From Moorena sp. SIO3H5 (GTDB taxonomy: Bacteria > Cyanobacteriota > Cyanobacteriia > Cyanobacteriales > Coleofasciculaceae), in contig NZ_JAAHHS010000023.1 in assembly GCF_010692395.1 (NCBI RefSeq), forward strand, positions 721 to 41,760: DNA of 41,040 bases, read 5' to 3'. Numbering within the stretch: position 1 is the first letter of the stretch; each line of letters begins with the position of its first letter. The position numbers were made by a program, and so were the translations under genes. Below, in pieces: positions 35,628-41,040 of this stretch. The notes under the pieces were generated by a model, which saw nothing but the letters and a program-made list of their open reading frames with translations, was not told the DNA's origin and did no database searches.

Positions 35628-35781
35628 GGGCATCCTGCCCGCGCGGAAATAAGGAGGAAACTGGCAAGATGCCAGTTCCACGCAAGATGCCCGCGCGAAA
35701 ATAAGCATGAAACTGGCAAGATGCCAGTTCCACGCAAGATGCCAGTTCCACGCAAGATGCCAGTTCCAGGGCAAGATGCCC
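35628..35781. repeat. Array of small hairpins / 18-nt tandem units (CAGTTCCACGCAAGATGC)
   Basis: Repeated TGGCA-AGA-TGCCA and GGGCA-NNN-TGCCC stem-loops. The larger ~55-nt unit is duplicated. Confidence 0.85.
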
Positions 35782-35940
35782 ATTTTACAGGTGCGACCCA
35801 AGGGGGATTTACTCGCCCATGGGAAAGGGCACCTAAAAACTCTTAAAATCATTCCATTATTAAGCAACGCCTACTTTTTCAGTATCCTTGAACAACATAT
35901 TGTCAGTGAATTGCAAACCGCTGTATTTTGGTTTTATAAT

Positions 35941-38900
35941 TTACTCTTCAAACTCCTTAATTGTTTTCATGTATTTTTTTGATGCTCCTTCAGATAATTG
36001 AAGTCTTTGTTCTTTTTTAATGCGAAAATATTCATTATAAACTTCCTGACTTTCTTTCTGCTCAAGTAAATAATCATAAGGACCTTTACCAGACAAAAGT
36101 TTAACTAATATAGGTGAGATTTCAATAGTGACGAATAAGGCAGTTATTAGCCAATTAATATTACGAATATTCGGATCGTCTTTAGATAACTCTTCTAAAG
36201 CAACAAGACGAGCTAAGAAGCCATAGGATTTTTTGTCAATTTTTTCTTGATTCAGTTGTTCTAAGTTACTCTCTGGTGACTGCAAAATAAGATTACGTTC
36301 TTTAAGCTTATCTATTTTATCCTCTTTCTCCTTAACTTTATTATCTAATTCAATAAATTTTTGTTTGATCTCATCTGCATAGTTTCGTTTGTCTTGATAA
36401 ACAATTCCTTTTCCAAGTTGGCCTGTTCCCTGTGTACCTTCTGCTTCTGCATTAGCCGCATATTCTGCATTTTGCCATTCATTTTTGTACTTATTTTTTT
36501 CTATATTTAAGGCTTGAATTTCTTGCTCTAGGTCTTTTATTGGTTCGGTAAGTTCTTCTTTGGATAGTTCATTTTTATCTTGTTCTATTTTCTGGTTAAT
36601 TTCTTTTTCAAAGAGCCTCAACTCAAGGGGTTTAGCAACCACAAAGCTTAACAATAATGCTATTAACAATCGAAGACTTGTTGCTGCAATAAATGGCAAA
36701 TTTAAATTTAAGTCCGTTTCTTTTCTCTTAGAGCTTAAAATTAAAAAACGATCTAAGTTAAAAACTATAAAACTCCAAAACGTTCCTCCTAGACAAGAAG
36801 CTGCTACAGAACCAAATACTGTAAAAAGAGCATAACCACCGGAAAAAATAGCCGTTGTTGATGTTAGCAGAACCGTGGTACCAATTGCTGTATATTTATA
36901 TCGTTCTGTCAAACATTCTTTTTGTGCCAAAATGTGATGATCTGCACCAGCACACCATAGCAAAAATTTTTCTAGTGAATTTAAATTATCGTTAATTGTT
37001 GGAGTCTGTATTAGGTGTTGAAGTTCAGCTGGTAAGCCAATTTCGTTTATAAAAGTACCAACCCCTTCAACACCATAAGTATTCAGAGCACTTTTGATAT
37101 ATTCTGTAGCTCTTTCCTGAATTTGCTCCCGTTGTTGTAAGAAGTCTAAAGCATTATAGTCTTGAGCGGAATTACGGAAGTAATTACCAACCATCGATGC
37201 TAAGACCCTATTCACAAGGTTTTTAATAGAGCTATATTTAACCGCACCCTTAGACAAGGGGCTAAGAACTCCTCCTTCTTCCTCAACTTGCTGAAAACTA
37301 TGAGCATTTGGTGAACCCACACGAGAGATCATTTTAGGAGAATTGTTGGGAGCAATATTAATAACCTGGGTGACTTCAAGATTCAAAATAAAGCCATCTT
37401 TTGAGCGAAGCTTTAATGTGTTCAAATTAGAATCATAGTTGGTTGCTGGTTTATCTCTATTCGTCCAGTCCAAAGTTATTTCATGGGCAGGAACTATTAC
37501 TATATTTTTAACTCTTGTATTGATAGGATGTGTTCCCGCTTCTATTGGTATGTTTTGAATCCCTTTATACCCAATTGGAACGATATTAAACTGAGAACCA
37601 TAAGTATTTTGCTCTTGATTGGCGTGGCTATTCTTACCAACATTGGAGATTAAAACTCCAACTGTTCCAGTTTTAATATTAGTTAAAGGAACTTGTTCAA
37701 CTTCCACAAACCAAGGATTTAAACTCCAAAAACCTTCTTCGATAAATTCTTCTTGTAAACCTCGATAGCCACTTTTGTCAATAAACTCCTGTGGCTCCTG
37801 AAACTTATTATGTCCCTCAATAACTGGTCCTGCAATCTCCCCTCTTGGTAAGGGCTTACCATCAAAAGTAGTAACAATACCAATTTTACCTGATTCAACT
37901 CTGTAAACTTTTAATTGTTCTGGTTTCAGTCCATATTGCTTGGCATTGTCAGTAGTAACTACTGTAAATATTTCAGTGTTTATTCTATAGGAACCTTCAG
38001 TAAGAATTGTGCGCTGTTTACCTTGTTGACCACCGTTGTTGACAAAGGCTTCAGCATTCTGAAAATTATCGCAATCTACAGCTTTACCTAGTATTTGTCC
38101 TGGTGGTAGTTCAGCACCATCTTGAGCAATAACTAGCCCTATCTCCCCTGAGCGAATATTAATTACTGGGACATTATTAACTTTAAACAACTCTGTATTA
38201 ATGTAGTGAGTTCCAGGAGGAATAATTCCTAATTGGTTCCCTTGTTGACCGCCGTTTTTGATAAATGCTTCAGCGTCCTGAAAAGTGTCACATTCAACAA
38301 CTTTACCAAAGTTCTGACCAAGTGGAAGTGGCTGACCATCCCTTGCTTCCACTAACCCTACTTCATTAACTCCAATTTTGATAAGTTCAACTCTCTTAAT
38401 TTTGAAAAGTTCTGTATTAATTGCGTATTTGCCAGTAGTAATAATCTTTAACTGTTGTCCCCTATATCCCCCATTATCAATAAATGCTTGAGCGTCTTCA
38501 AAATTGTTGCATTCAACAGCATCACCAAAGGTTTTTCCAATCGGAAGTGGCTTGCCATCTTTCGCTTCTACTAAGCCAATTTCATAGTCATTAATATGAA
38601 TAATTTTCCTGATTTCAACAGAAAAAAGTTGAGTATTAATCCGATAAATACCATTTCTTAAAATGCCTAACTGCCTACCCCGTTGACCACCATTTTTGAT
38701 AAAAGCACGACCATCTTGAAAGTCATCACATTCTTCGATAACTTTCCCAAAAATTTTACCTGTGGCAAGAGAAGCACCATCGTTGGCGGTTACTAATCCA
38801 ATTTCATCTTTATCAATATGTATAGCCATTTGTTTAACAACTTTATAGCTCAAAGGAGAGTGGAAATGTCTTCCAGGACCAAGAGTATCAACCTGCCAAC

Positions 38901-39021
38901 CCATTTCTCCATTAAGAGCGATTTGACGATTAGATGGTAAAGGACTACCAAACTTTTTATAGACAATTCCAACCTCATCTTGAGAGATTACATAAACGCC
39001 AGGTGCCCGATCAATTGCCAT
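35941..39021 (-). CDS. 1026-aa fusion protein: seven tandem beta-rich modules + SPFH/band-7-like core + DUF4407-like membrane and coiled-coil domain
   Basis: ATG 39021 with GGAG 8 nt upstream. Modules each open with E[IV]G[IL]V at residues 16, 73, 147, 220, 293, 379, 453. SPFH-like segment KDGFILNLEVTQVINI...YIKSALNTYGVEGVGTFINEIGLP. DUF4407-like LLWCAGADHHIL...YKYTAIG...FWSFIVFNLDRFLI plus a K/E coiled coil at residues ~800-930. Low G+C (12-23 per 60-nt line in five sampled lines). Confidence 0.85.
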   Translation of the reverse strand: MAIDRAPGVYVISQDEVGIVYKKFGSPLPSNRQIALNGEMGWQVDTLGPGRHFHSPLSYKVVKQMAIHIDKDEIGLVTANDGASLATGKIFGKVIEECDDFQDGRAFIKNGGQRGRQLGILRNGIYRINTQLFSVEIRKIIHINDYEIGLVEAKDGKPLPIGKTFGDAVECNNFEDAQAFIDNGGYRGQQLKIITTGKYAINTELFKIKRVELIKIGVNEVGLVEARDGQPLPLGQNFGKVVECDTFQDAEAFIKNGGQQGNQLGIIPPGTHYINTELFKVNNVPVINIRSGEIGLVIAQDGAELPPGQILGKAVDCDNFQNAEAFVNNGGQQGKQRTILTEGSYRINTEIFTVVTTDNAKQYGLKPEQLKVYRVESGKIGIVTTFDGKPLPRGEIAGPVIEGHNKFQEPQEFIDKSGYRGLQEEFIEEGFWSLNPWFVEVEQVPLTNIKTGTVGVLISNVGKNSHANQEQNTYGSQFNIVPIGYKGIQNIPIEAGTHPINTRVKNIVIVPAHEITLDWTNRDKPATNYDSNLNTLKLRSKDGFILNLEVTQVINIAPNNSPKMISRVGSPNAHSFQQVEEEGGVLSPLSKGAVKYSSIKNLVNRVLASMVGNYFRNSAQDYNALDFLQQREQIQERATEYIKSALNTYGVEGVGTFINEIGLPAELQHLIQTPTINDNLNSLEKFLLWCAGADHHILAQKECLTERYKYTAIGTTVLLTSTTAIFSGGYALFTVFGSVAASCLGGTFWSFIVFNLDRFLILSSKRKETDLNLNLPFIAATSLRLLIALLLSFVVAKPLELRLFEKEINQKIEQDKNELSKEELTEPIKDLEQEIQALNIEKNKYKNEWQNAEYAANAEAEGTQGTGQLGKGIVYQDKRNYADEIKQKFIELDNKVKEKEDKIDKLKERNLILQSPESNLEQLNQEKIDKKSYGFLARLVALEELSKDDPNIRNINWLITALFVTIEISPILVKLLSGKGPYDYLLEQKESQEVYNEYFRIKKEQRLQLSEGASKKYMKTIKEFEE

Positions 39022-39175
39022 AAGAAAAACTCCAATTAGATTAACTAGTTAATAATCAAAATCATACTATTTCGCTACCTTAATTCTTATTATTTTAACG
39101 TGAGTTTGACGAACTGGACAAAGGTGAAAGAGGGAGCATGTCACTTATGCAGCAACATTAGTACTAAATTTAGAG

Positions 39176-39259
39176 AATGGGGAATGGGGAATGGGGAATG
39201 GGGAATGGGGAATGGGGAATGGGGAATGGGGAATGGGGAATGGGGAATGGGTAATGGGT
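39176..39259. repeat. Heptamer array (AATGGGG)x10 + 2 variants
   Basis: Counted directly. Confidence 0.95.
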
Positions 39260-39329
39260 AATAGGTATAGCAGTCGCCAGGGCAGTTAGGACATGACAAA
39301 AGTCTCAAACCTAAGTAAGCGCAAGAGTT

Positions 39330-39364
39330 TGACTTCTGACTTCTGACTTCTGACTTCTGACTTC
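39330..39364. repeat. Heptamer array (TGACTTC)x5
   Basis: Counted directly. Confidence 0.95.
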
Positions 39365-39564
39365 TGCTGTAATAGGGGGAGCATCTCACAATAGCCGAGT
39401 ATTTTTACTTTTTCTATAGCCCTCTCATGGGTAATTGCTTGCTAATCATGGTAAATAGTTGATCTGTTTTGCAACTAATACTTGCTCATATCTCGCATTT
39501 TTGTTGTTTTGTCAAGTAGTTCATGTGTTCGCCAAATTTGACCTGCTCCCGATCCATCCGATGA

Positions 39565-39748
39565 CAATAGCGATGTTTCAATAAGTAGTATATAAGTTAC
39601 GGAATTCTGTTGGGACGCGATTGACCTGGGCCTTTAGGCCACGCTACGGGAATGGTCACGCTACGCTCCGGAAGCGATGCTCGGTACGAGCCGCTACGCG
39701 AACGCATTCTGGGGCACTTCCGGTACATGGAAAAACAGACTTGAGCAG
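39565..39748 (+). repeat. Dispersed GC-rich element, copy B (direct repeat partner of 35440-35594)
   Basis: CAATAGCGATGTTTCAA...GGCCACGCTACGGGAATGGTCACGCTACGCTCCGGAAGCGATGCTCGGTACGAGCCGCTACGCGAACGC. Confidence 0.8.
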
Positions 39749-39876
39749 TTACATCGAAGCGATCAGGCAAGCATACCCATTCTCAGCCAGGGTAAACCCC
39801 TCGAAATTTGTCTCAAAAGTTACAGCTAAAAGGGAAACCGCCGTAAAAAGATTTGGTCGATTTTTAGAAAGGGGTT

Positions 39877-39904
39877 TTGACAACCGGATTTGGGCTCATA
39901 TAGT
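39877..39904 (+). promoter_or_regulatory. Near-consensus sigma70-type promoter pointing into the minisatellite
   Basis: TTGACA (39877-39882), 16-nt spacer, TATAGT (39899-39904). Confidence 0.3.
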
Positions 39905-40036
39905 AAATAGGTTAGTTTTCAGTATAAGTTATAACATACTTTTGTAACATTTACTGATATAGGGCTGTCATATCCTGCATGTTTGGCTCTACTACCTATA
40001 CGACATTGAGTTTGAACAAAAATCTAGGAATTTTAC

Positions 40037-40255
40037 ATGAGGTTTTACATGAGGTTTTACATGAGGTTTATGAGGTTTTACATGAGTTTTATGAGGTTTT
40101 ACATGAGGTTTATGAGGTTTTACATGAGGTTTATGAGGTTTTAGATGAGGTTTTACATGAGGTTTGACATGAGTTTTATGAGGTTTTACATGAGTTTTAT
40201 GAGGTTTTAGATGAGGTTTGACATGAGGTTTTACATGAGGTTTTACATGAGGTTT
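40037..40255. repeat. Minisatellite: 20 tandem units (13 x 12-mer ATGAGGTTTTAC-type, 7 x 9-mer ATGAGGTTT-type)
   Basis: Units parsed one by one; total 219 nt. All unit lengths are multiples of 3. Confidence 0.95.
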
Positions 40256-40603
40256 ATAAGTTGACAAACACTTTGAATTAGATTTAATATATTGAAGCAA
40301 GTTAAATTTCCTTGGTTTAATACAATTAGGAGTTGTGAAACAGATAAAAAAAATCATGCCCTGGCATCTATAGTAAGTACTAAATAATCAGCTATCAGCT
40401 GTTACCTTGTTATCATTTTGCTCAAACCGGGGTGCCGATTAATGGCAAGCTCTATGAGCTATACCAAGAATCAGAAAAGGTGGAAGAATACCGCCAATCC
40501 CAAGGTAAGCTAGATGTATGTGAAGGTTGCACAGTTTGGTGTTATTTGATTCCCAGCTTCTTTATGGGTGTGGACAAATATTGGTGGTTGAATCAAGTTA
40601 CCT

Positions 40604-41040
40604 ATGCCAGCGAATTTCTGGCCCGAAAACGATTCTTACAACGAGCTTGACCCACTCAATTCTCTGTTGTCAGACGTTGATTTAACAGAGGATCTGGAGA
40701 CGGAGGTGGAGACAACTACTTTATCTCTACCATCCCGGTTTCAAGGTCGTAGACGCAAGGCCGCTCTAGTTCTCACAATGGTTTGGAGCGGTACTATTGC
40801 CTTGAATTTACTTTCTTGGGGCTCCTTGTTTGTATTGGGGCTGACTACAATTATGGGTATTCATGCCTTGGTGATAGTTTTTGCTAAACCCAGGGAAAAA
40901 ATTTCCCAGATCCAGGGTGATTATCCCTATGTATCCGTGTTGGTGGCGGCAAAAAATGAGGAAGCTGTCATCGGCAATTTGGTGGAAAATCTTTGTAATT
41001 TAAAATATCCAGATGGAAAATATGAAGTCTGGATTGTTGA
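40604..41040 (+). CDS. Family-2 glycosyltransferase with N-terminal TM helices, 3' end beyond window
   Basis: Not in ORF track. Hand translation from ATG 40604: MPANFWPENDSYNELDPLNSLLSDVDLTEDLETEVETTTLSLPSRFQGRRRKAALVLTMVWSGTIALNLLSWGSLFVLGLTTIMGIHALVIVFAKPREKISQIQGDYPYVSVLVAAKNEEAVIGNLVENLCNLKYPDGKYEVWIVD. VSVLVAAKNEE...YEVWIVDD is the GT2 N-terminal signature. In-frame TGA lies at 40589. Confidence 0.85.
   Translation, partial: MPANFWPENDSYNELDPLNSLLSDVDLTEDLETEVETTTLSLPSRFQGRRRKAALVLTMVWSGTIALNLLSWGSLFVLGLTTIMGIHALVIVFAKPREKISQIQGDYPYVSVLVAAKNEEAVIGNLVENLCNLKYPDGKYEVWIV

Noticed and set aside
35655-35780. TGGCA motifs as sigma-54 (-24/-12) promoter elements
   Set aside because: The motif occurs as the self-complementary TGGCA-AGA-TGCCA rather than TGGCAC-N5-TTGCA. 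To my knowledge cyanobacteria also lack RpoN.
35562-35982. ORFs 35562-35867 (-) and 35707-35982 (+) with WNWHLA / ARCQFH repeats
   Set aside because: They arise from the 18-nt hairpin array, whose unit length is a multiple of 3. The plus ORF also runs antisense into the end of the 1026-aa gene.
39141-39389. 82-aa ORF (PIPHSPF repeats)
   Set aside because: It is encoded almost entirely by the AATGGGG and TGACTTC heptamer arrays, so it is a repeat artefact.
39621-39947. 108-aa Arg/Ala-rich ORF
   Set aside because: Its N-terminal half is the dispersed GC-rich repeat (copy B). The same repeat produces similar pseudo-ORFs wherever it occurs.
13517-40255. Possibility that any of the tandem arrays is a CRISPR locus
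   Set aside because: All arrays are head-to-tail repeats of 7-18 nt with no unique spacers, and no cas genes are present.
40432-40650. 72-aa GTG-initiated ORF (contains CEGCTVWC) overlapping the GT2 start by 47 nt
   Set aside because: It has no ATG or RBS, and the frame is open only from 40384. It could be a remnant of the C-terminus of an Fe-S or radical-SAM-like gene, or a chance ORF. The evidence is not enough to call it a gene.

Overview
41-kb chromosomal segment of a cyanobacterium, probably filamentous. I counted at least 23 copies of the HIP1 octamer GCGATCGC, photosystem II genes are present, and almost every intergenic gap carries tandem heptamer (STRR-like) arrays. Genes in order: ndhC (partial), rubA-ycf48-psbEFLJ, CPBP protease, cyAbrB / sdhB-hli, MscS channel, TerB-like, ligA, rpsU, dus, dnaK, DUF815 ATPase, HtrA-type protease, an NLR-like locus, several small genes, GT39 glycosyltransferase, Hanks kinase, ilvE, FHA protein, MscS-DEP channel, pentapeptide-repeat protein, a 1026-aa SPFH/DUF4407-like gene, GT2 (partial). 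Five genes missing from the supplied ORF track (ndhC, psbF, psbJ, rpsU, terminal GT2) were found by hand translation. I recognised no tRNA, rRNA, CRISPR, transposase or integrase. Best candidates for something new: (1) 21384-24143, an NLR-like STAND NTPase (NB-ARC plus about 8 TPR units). One in-frame TAG separates its 146-aa helical N-terminal module from the ATPase, and there is no canonical restart codon. (2) 35941-39021, a low-GC 1026-aa gene fusing seven tandem modules and an SPFH-like core to a DUF4407-like membrane/coiled-coil domain, in a ~4-kb segment bracketed by ~135-bp direct repeats. (3) An FHA-TM gene followed by an MscS channel with a C-terminal DEP domain. (4) A four-helix-bundle (23S-IVS-type) gene bracketed by perfect 28-bp inverted heptamer arrays. 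(5) A heptamer array plus palindrome translated in frame inside the GT39 gene. (6) A 219-bp minisatellite whose 12/9-nt units each read GAGG-N6-ATG. (7) An AT-rich islet with a six-Cys 61-aa ORF. All domain calls come from motif recognition by eye. No database or HMM search was possible, so family names are hypotheses to confirm.
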